In this document: one piece after another, positions 1 through 16,366 of the stretch
Numbering within the stretch: position 1 is the first letter of the stretch
Layout: every line of letters begins with the position of its first letter
DNA from: the human T2T-CHM13v2.0 reference genome, Homo sapiens
DNA: 64,000 nt
Strand: one strand, 5' to 3'
Assembly (NCBI RefSeq): GCF_009914755.1
Contig: NC_060932.1
Translations under genes and position numbers: made by a program
Notes under the pieces: generated by a model
Told to the model about the DNA's origin: nothing
What the model saw: the letters and a program-made list of their open reading frames with translations, nothing else
Database searches by the model: none

Positions 1-379
1 ATTCTAGATAAACAACAAAAGAAACAATAAAAAAGTGAGCTTTAAAAGGGCTAACACCTCGGTCAATTTTGTAACTATATAACTCATAACTCAGAGTGGA
101 GTTTTGAGCTCACATCTGATTTCAAATCTCTGAACTGCTATCTTTTACTTTATATTTCTTTAGTGCCTTACAATATTTTCAAGTATTATCAGGAAAAGAA
201 TGGTTTTTGATGGGCTGTCTGTTTAGATTAGAGATGAGTGGTTTTTACTAGATTTTATGGGCATGGGGACTTGCTTTGGTCCAGAAATATATGGAAAGCA
301 TAGATTGTAGGTTTCAGAACCTGCTAACTTGGTTGGTTCACCTTCTTTCTTTCTTTCCCTTAGGCATACTACATAACAG

Positions 380-500
380 CTGTGTGTCTGTCTCAGTTTC
401 CTCATCTCTAAAATGAAAATTTTAAAGCTATGTCCTTCATAAGGTAGTTGTGAAGATTTAAGTAGATATATGAAAGGCAGAATATATTGTTCAGAATATA
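380..500 (+). mobile_element. MIR SINE fragment
   Basis: MIR core motif tctcagtttcctcatctctaaaatg followed by cttcataaggtagttgtgaagatt. Confidence 0.65.
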
Positions 501-1285
501 GCATTTGACTAAATATTAATTATAATATATTGCACTACATATTTATGATTATACTGTTTATTAATGCTCTCATTGCACAACATATGTTTATTATTTACAG
601 TATACTATATTTATTTTAATTTGTTATTATTATTATACATCTCCCACCTTTGGTCATTTAATTTGAAATCTCTCCATCATACATTTCCTTTAGATCCTAA
701 GTCTCTAGTTTTCTGTGGTCTGTTCATTGAATGGAAATATCTCTGAGAGGAATATCTGTCTTGGTTTGCAAACTTATTGTGAATAAATTTACCAAATTGT
801 ATCCTCCTACCCATAGTTTGGAGAAGGGATTCCAAATGGATAAATCTAGAACATGGTAAGCACGCAGAAGATGATGCAAAAGGAAACAAGTGGCTAAAAT
901 CAGAGTGAATAGTCTTCCCAGGAAAAGCTAGCCTTCCACACAGTTTGCTTTGTGTATTCTCTTTATTGGCTGATAACTGATGTATGGGATGGTTTTCCTT
1001 TTACAAATAAAAACATGGCTTTTGTTCATCTCCTCTGAGTGCAGGATTTTTAAATTTTTTCAATAACTTCAAAGACTAGACAGTTACTTAAGTTAACCAG
1101 CTGACACTAAAATGTTTTTATGGTTGGAATTGTATAATCATACACTTTTTAAATATCTATTAGTGCTTAAAATTTGTGCCTATGAGAGAACACTGGAAAA
1201 ATGTATTTCATGGAAATAAAGGAAAATAAAATTATTTGTAGTGCCAATATTCAAAGAAAAGCAAGCTTAACATTTTGTGCTATAA

Positions 1286-1675
<390 letters not shown>

Positions 1676-1874
1676 AACTTTTTACATAATTATGTATCAC
1701 ACTTTTTGTTGTTATATAGTGTGTCAAACAATTTTAATGGCTTTACACATTAGTTCAGTAGATGTAGTTTCCATATTTTATTTAGCCATTCTTCCAAATG
1801 TAACACATTTATTATTTGTATATTGTTTTGATTTATTGTACTTGTAAATAACACTATGATGAGCATCTTATATA

Positions 1875-2250
1875 TAAACAAACACTTATTAAGCCCTGAA
1901 TATGTGCCAGGTCCAGGGCTTGCCATGGTGGGATCAACACTGAATAAGTCATGACCCTGCCTGTAAGGACCTTAGAATCTATTGGAAAAAATTAACAAAT
2001 AAATCAGTGAATGCAATTATTGGTATAACTCAGTAAGTGCTTTGATCTTATGTTCAAAATTTGCTTTGGAAGCGAATCTACTTCAGACAGCAGCTTGGGA
2101 AGGATACCCGATCAAGTAATACTTGAACTGAGGTTGAAAGTTGAATAGAATTCAACAAGATAAAATGCAAGAACAGAAGAGTTATTTTTCAGGTGGCAAA
2201 GAGCTTGAGCAAATGTGCATACTCTCTGAGGAATACTGACTAGCCTAATA
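1875..2250 (-). mobile_element. L2 3' fragment
   Basis: aacaaacacttattaagccc...tatgtgccagg resembles the antisense L2 3' end; highly diverged. Confidence 0.5.
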
Positions 2251-2557
2251 TGCCAGGAGTAAAGGCTAATAATAAGTAACACATTTGCCAGATGCTGTGC
2301 TAACTACTTTACCTTCATTAATTTATTTAATTCCTGTATCATCTTTTTGGATATAGTGAAACAGGTACTATCATTGTCTCCATTTTTAACTAAAACGAAA
2401 AACAAAACAAAACAAAAAACAGAGACAAAAGTGAAATTTTATAACAAACTTGTTTATACACATACAGTGAATATGCATAGGGTCCTGGATTTGGTCCCCG
2501 GAATCTGATTCCTGAGCCCAGACTCAACCACCACTTCATTTCAAAGGTTGGTGGTGA

Positions 2558-3858
<1,301 letters not shown>

Positions 3859-4812
3859 CAATTACAGCATCTCTGTTACCAACAATATATTTCTTAATTA
3901 ATTAAACAGTAGCTTAGCACAATGAGTTAAAAAATTAAGGATTTTCAAAATTCTCCTAAGAATCACATTTCATTGTTTCTATTAATAGTTAATTAAATAT
4001 CCTTACTAGAAAACATTTACATAATCTATAGCTTTGAACTGTGATTTGTTAATTTTTGACTTGACTTGATGGGCCTTTAAATATGCCTACAAGTCACCCA
4101 AACTTATAAATCAATGACTTATTTGTGTTTAAAAATATTTGCAACATAAGAGTTGTTTGGTTTGGAATCCCAAACAGTAAATTTGTCTTTGGAGAAATTG
4201 TAAAGATTAAAAAATGTTATTAAAACTCGTAAAGTTTTAGTAGATTCTAAAGTAATATTGAAGTATATTGATACATTTAAATAATACGGAAAATTGGGAG
4301 AGATAGTAATACATTTCTATTTATTTAAATACTTAAACTGTGTCTAGAAAAAGTTGAAGTAGATAGTGGAGAGGCCAGGGACATCAAAGAATAGAAAAAC
4401 AGAGCCATGTAAGGCTGCTAAAGAACCTGTGCTAAAGCAAACTGCATTTTTCCCCATTTTAACATTTTAAAAACTGGTAACTGAATTATAATTTATATAT
4501 TCATTTACTATAATAATTCTTTTTTGTCAGAAAATATTAAATCGCTAGTGTATTTTAGCATTTGAAGACATCTTAGGATGAAGGAAATGTGATAAATATG
4601 CATATATATATATAACACATGTATATTGCTTATACATATATTCTACATAAGATAATTTTCCTTTATTTTTGTGTACATTTTTAATTTTGATTGCCCCTGT
4701 ATACTTGTTGATTGGGACTTTCTTTTCATTTACTGCATTTTGTTTACTTACTTATCAGTTGATGGACATTAGGGTTAGGGTTATTTCTGATTTACCTAAT
4801 AATTTTAAATTT

Positions 4813-6030
4813 AAAATTTATTTTTAATTGACAAATTATTATACACATTTATGGGATACATTGTGATCTTTTGATATATATTTACATTGTGGAATCATTA
4901 AATCAAATCAATATATCCATCACCTCACATACTTACCAATTTTTGTGGTGAGAACATTTAAAATCTAAACTTTAAGCAATTTTGAAATATACTATGCATT
5001 GTTATTAATTATAGTTACCAGTCTGTGCAATAGATTCCTAAAGCTTATTCCTCCTGTTTAGTAGAAACTTATCATCCTTTGGTCAACATATCACCATTCT
5101 GCAGCCTCTGATAACCACCATATTATTCTCTACTTCTATGAGTTTGACTTTTTAGATTCTACATATGAGATCACGTGAAATTTGCCTTTTTGTGCCTGGC
5201 TTATTACACTTAGCACAATATCCTCCAATTCATCCATGTTGTCACAAATGACAGAATTTTTTTCTTTTTGAAGTCTGAATAGTATTCCATAGTCTAAATA
5301 TATATATTTTATCCATTCAATTGTTGACGAATACTTTGGTTGTGCACCCATTTCTTAGCTAGTATAAATAATGCTACAATTGAACATGAGAGTGTGAATG
5401 TCCTTTCACATATGGTTTCAATTCCTTTGGATATATACCCAGTAGTGGGATCATATGGTAATTCTATTTTTAGTTTTTTGAGAAACTTCCACACTGTTTT
5501 CCATAATGGCTGTATTAATATACATTCCCACCAACGATGTAGAAGAATTCCATTTTCTCCACATCCTCCTCAACACTTATCTTTCATCTTTTTGATAATA
5601 ACCAATCCAACAGCTGGTTGGTGATATCTCATCGTGGTTTTAATTTGCGTTTCCCTGATAATTAGTGATGCTGAGTTTTGTTTGTTTGTTTGTTTTTTTC
5701 CTGTATCTGTTGACTATTTATATGTCTTCTGAGAATTATCTATTCAGGTTCTTTGCTTATATTCTAGTGGGGTAATTTGTATTTTTGCTATTGAGTTCTT
5801 TGAGTTTTTTATATATTTTGAATATTAGCCTCTAATCAGATACATGATTTGCAAACATTTTCACCCAATCTGTGTGTTTACTCTTCACTCTGTTTATTAC
5901 TTCATTTGCTGTGCAGAAGCTTTTTAATTTGTTTAAATTCTACTTGTTTATTTTTGCTTTTGTTGCCTGTGCTTTTAGGGTCCTATCTAAGAAATCTTTT
6001 CCCAGACAAATGTCATTGAGCTTTTTTCAT
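4813..6030 (-). mobile_element. L1MA-type LINE 3' end (3'UTR plus end of ORF2)
   Basis: Antisense L1MA 3'UTR; minus-strand ORF fragments WKFLKKLKIELPYDP and DELEDIVLS resemble the ORF2p C-terminus. Confidence 0.88.
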
Positions 6031-6161
6031 ATGGACTTAAAAAAACTATTAGTAGTACATACCATGTTATCTTTTTTTCTACTGGGTGTTCTACAATGAG
6101 AACCTGACCTAACTCAAGGAAAGAGGAGAAACTAAAACATTTTTTAAATTAATATTAAGAA

Positions 6162-7272
<1,111 letters not shown>

Positions 7273-7909
7273 AGAATAAGATGTGATATTGGAGAATATA
7301 CAAATGTAACTTTCCATTAAGCTTAATTTTTTATAAATGTATTTTTCCTCTTCTATTAGGGGCCTTCTCTGAATTAATAATGCTAAGTGAGTATACATTT
7401 GAAGAACTGAAAAACTTCTAATGAAAAGTATAATGAATGAGCTGAAAATAAGTATAAATAGAGTTTCTAATATTTTCTTCCTTCAACTTAATGATTTTCA
7501 GATTTTCACACATCTCCTAGTCTGCATGTGTTTTACTTTGGCAACCACCACATTGCAAAGATCATGAAAGGATTACTATAATGACCTCTTTATATTATAA
7601 CCCTCATATTGACATTAAGATTTTGATTTACTTATTAATAAACTGCTTTTCTTATTTTACCCTGAGAGCTCATATAGAGAAAAATTCCAGATAAAGACAA
7701 GTTGGGACAGATTAAAAAATGAGTAAGAAATAATATCTGTTTTCTTGAAACCTTATATCTAACGCAACACACTGACTTGAAAGCATTTGAGTGTAAAACA
7801 AAGCTGACTGGCATACATAAGAAATACAGGAACGTATAACTTGCTGTCAGATTATAAGGGTCAGAAAAGATCATTCTGCCTACAGGCTTAGAACACATTT
7901 CAAAGAAAG

Positions 7910-8297
7910 TGAAAAATTCTCCCCAGGGCCTGAAAGCTGAAGGGGATGAGTAACTCCTCCCTCCTCAGACTCAGTCCCAAGGCGCAAGGCCACTTGTGCC
8001 AGTAGCGTTCACCAGAAAGACAGCATAAGCAGGAAGAGAGCTAGCCAGAAGACATGTACCCGCTGAAGACCAAGAGAGAGGCCATCCGGGTACCGTGTAG
8101 CAGTTACATCCGACTGAGACACTTCCTGTTTACAGGAGACTATAAAACCTCTGCCCCATCCTTATTTGGTGCAGACGCCATTTTAGGCCTCAGCCCCTAT
8201 GCACCTGGGTGCTTATTAAAACAGCATGTTGATCCACACTGCCTTGTGTTGTTTGTTGGTGCGCTCTCAGGGTTCGAACCGATACAAGAGCCTTGAA
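7910..8297 (+). mobile_element. ERV1 solo LTR, MER48-like
   Basis: ~390 bp; 5-bp TSD gaaag; TATAAAA at 8141-8147; ATTAAA at 8215-8220; resembles recalled MER48 consensus. Confidence 0.75.
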
Positions 8298-10962
8298 GAA
8301 AGGAGCCATATTTTCCCACTATAGTATCATCCCAGTCTAGCTCAATGCATATACTGCTCTAAGTTATGAGTACTACATCCTAGTATAGTCCTTACTGGAG
8401 CTATGGCATCTTGATGTTGTGGAACAACTTAACGAACCAAAATGTCAGGATCACAGAATATTTTTAATGTTTTTTGATGCCATAGTCTCTGTATGAATCC
8501 TGTGGGAGTAAGAAAACTGATAGAATCAGCCCCAGAGTGTTTTTATATAAATTAGAGAAAATCCCTTTTCTCATTACAATATTGCACAATCTCATGTCAA
8601 TTCCAGCCTAATTTGCTCATGGTGGCAAATCAAGGCCATCATGATGGGGGAGGAAATGTCTAGAGCCTAAGGAAATCTCAATGCTGCAATACCAGACAGT
8701 GAATAAAATCGAAGAGTTAATTTTGATCAAAGGGGCTTTTGCGTGACTCCATTCAGACCATCCAGTTAACTGTCAACCTTATCTAAATATTTCACTATAG
8801 AAGGAAATGAACATTTTATGTATTTAATAAAAGAGTGGAAAAATATATTTAATTAAATAAATATTTCCATAATCCAAATATGCAAAAACCTCTTGATTAG
8901 TACTACAAGGAAGACTTAACCCTTTACCCCAAGGACCTTAGAATCTATCCTAAATAGCTTAGAATTTAGATAGAAGGTATGCCTGCCTTTTCCTATATTA
9001 TCAGGAAAAGTTGGTATGCATACTTTCTCAATATTCTTCTCTGGCAGAGGCCAATATTCTTAATAAGAATATTGGGAAGAGGAACAACAGCAGAGAAACT
9101 GAGTCAAAACAAGATCAGCCTAATAAAGATGTAATTGAGTCCTAAACAAACTTACAGCTATCCTGAGATCTAGTTCTTTTAATTTTTGAAAAGTTTTTCT
9201 ATTATTTTTTACCTCCCTATATATTCTTGCAACAATTGTCAGTTGATTGTCAGCCAGTTCCTGCCAATTAACAGCTTTACACTTAAGCATCATAAAATGA
9301 CTTGGTCTTTTGATCACCCTTTCTTTACAAAGTTACCAATCAAAACTGTTCATTATACTTGTCTTTGGTGATGTGGTTTTTTTACCCCTCCCTCAACTTC
9401 TGTTTACTCTTAGAACCTGATTTTATGGAAGGAGATCCCAAGTAACTCATATTCTCTGTTATACAAGGTGATGATTTTCAAAGCTTGCATCACAGGAGAG
9501 GTATGAAGGAGCTAATTGCTTCTAAGATATTTGGAAACTGACATAAGAAATGCCCTTTGCAAGTAATTATGAGAGCTTCTTCTGTACAAGGTTACCACTC
9601 TCAGTATTTAAATTTCCTCTGGAAGCACTTCTGCCTGGCTTTCTTCACATGCTCCACCCCCTTAGTGCTAATACGAACCTCATGCCCTCTAGTCTGAAAG
9701 GATTTGGGACTGTTTCTTCCATGTTAATGTAAAGTATGCCATTCTGGGCCCTATGTAGTATTATTTGCTTTTCTTACTGCTGAATCTATCATGTAGGTAG
9801 TTTTGTATCATCCAGAGGACTTCGTATCTTTGCATCATATTGATTCTTAATTCCCTGGTCTCACAGTCTAGCCAGATATATTTGATTTACTAAGAAACTA
9901 AGCCTCTTGTCATATCCTGGTGAGATCTGTAAGAGATGAAGTTGAGATTTGAGAGAAAAGTTCTTCTGGAAATGACTGTCTTTTCCTTGGTCTTACAAAT
10001 GATTCTGTTTGTTAAGTGATTAAAGCTTGTCTGGACAGACAGCAAACCCAAGGGTAGATTTATAGCCTCTAAAAACAATACCTTCAAAGATTTTCTCCCA
10101 GAATGCATGGCCCAGAGGCATCCCTTTGATTGATCTAAGTCCCTAAAGAGTTGCTTCAGCAACAAACAAAGACATATTATGCTTCTTTCCTAAAAGACTT
10201 TGACATTTTATGGTTTTGCACAAAAATATTGAGCAGGAGTAAATAGAAATCCTGTAACCTTTCCTTAACTGGATTGTAGGCATGCTTTGTCCTACAGCAA
10301 AATCAGCTACTTCACTCTCATGACCTTACAAAATAGTGCATTACTTATCCAGTTGACTATGTCAACAGCCATTACCCAAATACACTTCTGTTCTGGGGAG
10401 AAAAATGAGGGGAATTATACATATCTACGTTTTGGGAGGTAACAACTTAGCAACAGGGGAAAATGGAACCAGTATTTATTATATGCATCCCCAAGTATCA
10501 AAAAAAAAAGACATTAAAAAAATAACATTTTGGGAAAGCTTTTGTTTTTACTATTTTAGGACTTTGCATAAAAACCATTTTTTTTTAACTCCATGCAAAA
10601 TCGTCAACCTTCCTCCACAAAGAGGTGTAATTTTTGTAGTTTTCTGGAGTGTTTTAGAAAATTCTTATCACTGAAACAGATTCCTTATGCATTACTGCCT
10701 TCTTATAGTATAGATGGGTATCTGTTTCACCATCTAAAATGTGATCTTTATCAGAACAAGAATCATTTTATTTATTTGGTATTATTGTCTACAACAGATA
10801 TTATCTAATAATGATGAGATAAATAGTACTAAACTCATGTTTTAAAGAGGAACAAAATCAAAGCATTAAGTATTTCAGTATCTAGCCTATTTCATAGCAA
10901 AGAGCAAGGTTAGACTGGAAGACTTTCAATTTTCTGACTAGTGAAAGCTCCTAGTATGACAT

Positions 10963-11374
10963 TGTGAGAGGAAAGTATCTCGGCCCCTAAAATCACTAAG
11001 CTAAAGGGAAAAGTCAAGCTGGGAACTGCTTAGGGCAAACCTGCCTCCCATTCTATTCCAAGTAACCCCTCTTCTCACTGAGATAAATGCATATCTGATT
11101 GCCTCCTTTGGAGAGGCTAATCAGAAACTCAAAAGAATGCAACCACTTGTCTCTTATCTACCTATGACCTGGAAGCCTTCTCTCCACTTTGAGTTTTCCC
11201 ACCTTCCCAGACCTAACCAATGTTCAGCTTACATATGTTGATTGATGTCTCATGTCTCCCTAAAATGTATAAAAACCAAACTGTGCTCTGACCACCTTGG
11301 GCATAAGTCTTCACGACCTCCTGAGGCTGTGTCACGGGTGCGTGTCCTCAAATCTTAGCAAAATAAACTTTCTA
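10963..11374 (+). mobile_element. MER4A-type ERV1 LTR, 3' (U5) end missing
   Basis: aaaatcactaagctaaagggaaaagtcaagctgggaactgcttagggcaaacctgcctccc; stops at aaataaactttcta, whereas the paralog at 16367-17036 continues further. Confidence 0.88.
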
Positions 11375-12307
11375 CCTTGAAGGCACGTAGCAACGAATGT
11401 ATCTCCAATTTATAGAAGGAGAAGTTGAGGCAATGATGGAATTCACCCAGCCTCCAACGATCACCCCAAATAGTTAGAAACTGGCTTCCCCACAAATTCC
11501 CCCTCTCTCTATTGACACATATAATTTAATAAATATCAACACACAGACTTCTAATCTCCTATTATCAGATTTCCTCATTCCCATGCAAAAAGGTGTTTTC
11601 CCAGTGAAGTTCTCTGGGAGTTTCAGAGTTTTGAAACCAAGTCAACTGTCAGAAAGCTTTTTCAAATAGCTTTCTGACAAATTGAGATTATATTTAGAAG
11701 TTTACAGATACAGTGAGGCTCTGCTATTTTAACTCTTCAAATTGAGGCTGAACAATTCTTTTTATGTTGGAGAGGGGGACTTTGGATTTTAAGATTAAAC
11801 TAAATGGCCTGTAGCTGTTTTCCAAACCTGTGATCTAATTAATTTATGACTATATGATTATCTAGATATTTTTAGAAAGAAAATAAGGGAGGGAGAGAGA
11901 GAGTTGAGATTTGCAAGACTAATGTTCAAGTATTTCCAAGAGATAGGAGTAGATAGCCTATCTTCTTATAGCTTTGCCAGACCTGTCTTGTGGGGGTTAT
12001 TCTACCTTGAAGGGAGGGAGCAACTGATGTATCTTCAATTTATAGAAGAAGTTGAGGCAATGATGGAATTCACCCAGCCTCCCATGATCACTCCAAATAG
12101 TTCGAAACTGGCTTCCCCACAAATTTCCCCTCTATTGACACATATAATTTAATAAATATCAACACACGACTTCTAACTTCCCAAGATCGGATTTCCTCAT
12201 TCCCATGCAAAAAGGTGGTCCCCAGTGAAGTTCTCTGGGAGTTTCAGAGTTTAGAAACCAAGTAACTGTCAGAAAGTTTGTTCAAATAGGATTGAGATTA
12301 TATTTAG
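11370..12307 (+). repeat. Direct duplication of ~310-325 bp (11370-11697 and 12000-12307)
   Basis: Both copies run ttctaccttgaagg...gaagttgaggcaatgatggaattcacccagcct...attgagattatatttag. Confidence 0.95.
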
Positions 12308-13039
12308 TAAGCCAACCATTTTGACAACTGGGAATGTGTTCACTTTGCTACTCCCTTGCCAAATGTGTAACATATACCTGGTTATGTAGTGATGAAGGTT
12401 GACATCTACTCAAAGCTATTGGATCCTCTTCCAACAGAATTTATTTTTCAGTAAAATAAATTAAGCTGGCTAGTTTGGCGTAGAATATAAAGTACTATAT
12501 TTTTTCTTCTCAACCAATTCACTGGCTGCTTTTCTTTTTTAGTTTTGTTTTGATTAAACTTCCTTTAACAAAGAAACAATCGCTTTGATTTAGATTTTTG
12601 GAAAGAGTTATCATTCTGTCTAACTTGGGCTGAACTCCAAAGAACTTCCAACTAATTAGCATATAACGCCACTTACCCTTAACTGTTATTTTTGTTGCCA
12701 GCCAACTGTGGGTGTCTTGATCATGATTGATTTCCTTGAGGCCATGACTTGATTAAAATTCCAATTACTGAGTGACACAGGCAGGGAGGCCCTGTCCATT
12801 GACTAGCAAGATATGTAATGTGGATATGAATCTTTTCCCAATCCTAGGGAACTTAGTTCCCCACAATTGTAAATGTCAGTGAACTCAGAGCTAAAGCTCA
12901 GAAAATAGCAATGAATTCAGTGCTCAGGTAGGAATATGCATGCCAGGACTGAAAAATAGAATTTTAAAAGAGTGAGCACTAATATATAAAACTGAACTTC
13001 CACTAATAGTTACTAAGTGTCTAATATTTGCATGGTTCT

Positions 13040-13460
13040 GCAGTAGATACTACAGAACCCAGTGCTGTAATACCCAGCTCTCTCTTTAGCCCTGAGGCAC
13101 TAATTCCCAGCTGCTGTAAATGTAGGTTGCAGATAACTCATAATGGACTACTTCTCTGGGTATTGCCTTAGATGATGGAAGCTGTCTTGCCTAAATTTCT
13201 GGGTCCTCCAATGAATCACCCATGCAGAAGACACAATAGCCTGCCCCGCTTGCCTCAAGCAGGACAACTTGGAAGGGCCATCTTATCTCTAGAACTCCCT
13301 GTGGGATGAGTGAGACCTCCATTACAATTGTATTACAGCTCAATATTTTCTTCTGTCCAGTCATTTCCTTAGGGATCTTGTTGTCAATAATACTGCTCAA
13401 TAATCTCCAGCTTATACATCTCCATAGCAGAATTGTTCCCAGGGAACCTGATCTGAGAAA
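13040..13460 (+). mobile_element. ERVL LTR16-like LTR
   Basis: cttgcctcaagcaggacaact...gggccatc...gggaacctgatctgag motifs typical of LTR16. Confidence 0.55.
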
Positions 13461-14829
13461 GATACTATTCTTGGTACTGGACGGTGATGGTTGTTTTTTG
13501 TTATAAAGATTGATACTCACTCACTCTGCCCTCTGCTTGCTTACAATGTAGTAGAAGAGACAGAATGATAAGCATCTACTGTACTGTTTTTTTTTTTTTT
13601 TTTTAAAAAGGCCATTCCTTCTCCTGCAAAGCAGAATTCTGTTGTCCCTTTTCTTTGCTTCCAGACTTCTACTTAGATCATATCATAATAAATCATATCA
13701 TTTTGTTGTTAATGGCGGTCTCTTACAAGAAGTTATGAGCATTTTGGACACAAGGGTTTAGTTGTGTTTACCTTCATACCTCTGGTGTACTGCCCGCAAT
13801 AAATACGACAGGTGCTCAGCAGTTTGTGTTGAATTGAGAAATAAATTAATGAACAAAAATAAATAACACGGCTTGTAAGTATAATACAAAAAAGTATTTC
13901 ATTAGAATGATGAAACTTCAGAGAAGACATGGAATTTGTGTTTGGCCTTGAAAAAATTTAGTAGGTTTAGGGCATATGGGTATGTCAGACTGAGAAAGCA
14001 ACATTGCAGTAGTAATTTAAATTTTACATTTTAGTTATAATAACAAAAACCTATTCAAGCTAATTTTGAGCAATGAAGTGTCTTTACTGAATTACTATAG
14101 TGTATTTCATGGAACCACTGTCCAGCATTTCTATTGCACATATGAGGGCTTAGAATCAAGAACTCTAATATAAGAAACCACAGTTGTTATGATGGTTTCT
14201 TCAGAAAATAAGCTTCTCTTCTCTATTTGTCTGCTCACTCTTTTGTTTCTTCGCAAGTCTTTATCTTCAGGTCTCTTCATTCAAGAAGAGGTTACTTGAG
14301 GCTATGAGTACAAGAAGAGAGATAATTGCCTCAGCTGTGGCCAGATATCAATTCCTGGTTCAATCCTTACGGTCAACATGGGTTATGGGAGATATTTTGG
14401 AAATGGAGCACAAACAAGCCCATACATGGACAGATGAGTAGATAGTATAGATGAGGAACTCTAGGAAGTGTTTGCTGAGGTACAAACCTCATGGTGGGTT
14501 AGAATTCCCATTGTAAACATCTGTAATCCTTATTAAATTTAACAACTTTTTTTGTCAACTTTTAATCCTGTGTGTGTGTGTGTATGTGTAAAAGAGTTGA
14601 TTAAATAATTAAATGGTAGCAGCAGACCTCCCTTCAAGATTATATTTAGATTAGACTAATTTACAACCATTCTTAGTTCTTTGGGTATGTTTAATGTTAG
14701 GGAGGATAAATACAAAACCTAGTTTTGTGAGATCACTTTTTTCAGGCTTAAGAGTTGTCATATAAAATTCTCAAAATGGACAGATCCCAAAACAACCAGC
14801 AACTCTAGTGCCAAGATTCAATGACAGGA

Positions 14830-15330
14830 AAGTGAATAAAGCATCATTCTTATCTTCTAAAAGCTCATAGACTAATAGGTGTTTCCATGACAGGAGGGTC
14901 AGGGAATCAGTGACATGCCAATAAAACATTATGATGTGCTACATCCAGTGATAAAGAAAGAACAAAGTCCTCTAGGAACACTTCTTCCTGCCTATAGAGG
15001 TCAAGGAGTTCTCAACATAGAAGACATCTCATTTGTGTTTTTATCAATGAGTAGCATTGGCCAGATGAAGAAGCAGAAAAGAAAGTTCAATAAAGGGAAC
15101 AGCACATGCAAAACCAGGGCATTACACAACATCATGAAATGTTTGAATAATGGCAAAAAAAAAAAAAAAAAAAAAAACCCCACCTTGGTATCAAAAACAA
15201 AATAAGTATGTTTTGTGAGCATGTCAGGATAGGGGGCAGTTCCAGATAAATGAGTCAAGGAAAAAAATTATAAGCAAAATTTGAAAGGATAAAAGGATCT
15301 TCATGTTTTACCAAAGCACCCTGGATGAAG
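14830..15330 (-). mobile_element. L2 fragment
   Basis: Diverged L2 motifs such as gggaacagcacatgcaaaacc. Confidence 0.45.
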
Positions 15331-15961
15331 GCTTTTTAGGGCACTGGATGCCAAAAAGCAAAGTGTAAACATGGGGGAAGATTGTGCCCGAATCAAAAGT
15401 ATGGTCCCATTGCCTAAGAAATGGGACCTGAGGTAGCTATGAAACACACTCTAGTCCTTCTGCCATTAGACTTGTAGGAGGCAGAGAGAGTGGGGAAGGG
15501 AGGGAGGGAAGAGGGGGAGGAGGAGAAGAAAGAAGCAGGGAAGAGAAGGAGAAATGAGAAGTGGGGAGAGGTTTCCAATGTGCAAATCCTTTAAAGGAAA
15601 GCCAAAAGTAGAAAGTCTTTTTTAAAAGTCTGCTCATTTCCACAGAGCATTAGGAAACACAATTTTGCAGTATGCAGTGTTATTCCTAATGAGAAAAGTT
15701 ATGTATTGAACTGGTATTAATTATCTACAGAATGCCAAATAGTGTGATAACATTTTCTCCTTATCTTCTCTTTAAAATCCTCAAAATTAAGATTAAAAGT
15801 TAGCTCAAATGTCTTGTATGCATAATTTACTCTAAACACAATTCTTTTTAGAAGGGAACAGGTCCAGGTATACCACAAAGGGGCAGTGTGGCATCATGGT
15901 TAAGAGCTTAGAATCCGGAGCCATGGAGTCTGGGTTCAAAATCCTATTTCCACTCATTTTT

Positions 15962-16256
<295 letters not shown>

Positions 16257-16366
16257 ATTCCATTCATTTTTCACTGTGACCTAGGCAACATACTTAACCT
16301 CTCTGTGCCTCAGCCCTTCATTTATAAAATAGGATTTAGAAAGTACCTTCATCATAGGGTTGTTGG

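Noticed and set aside
4769-4783. ttagggttagggtta telomere-like repeat
   Set aside because: Only 2.5 units; too short to call an interstitial telomeric sequence.
15478-15570. Polypurine tract (also the polypyrimidine tract at ~60590-60690) as an H-DNA or G4 element
   Set aside because: These are common low-complexity tracts with no regular mirror symmetry or other support.
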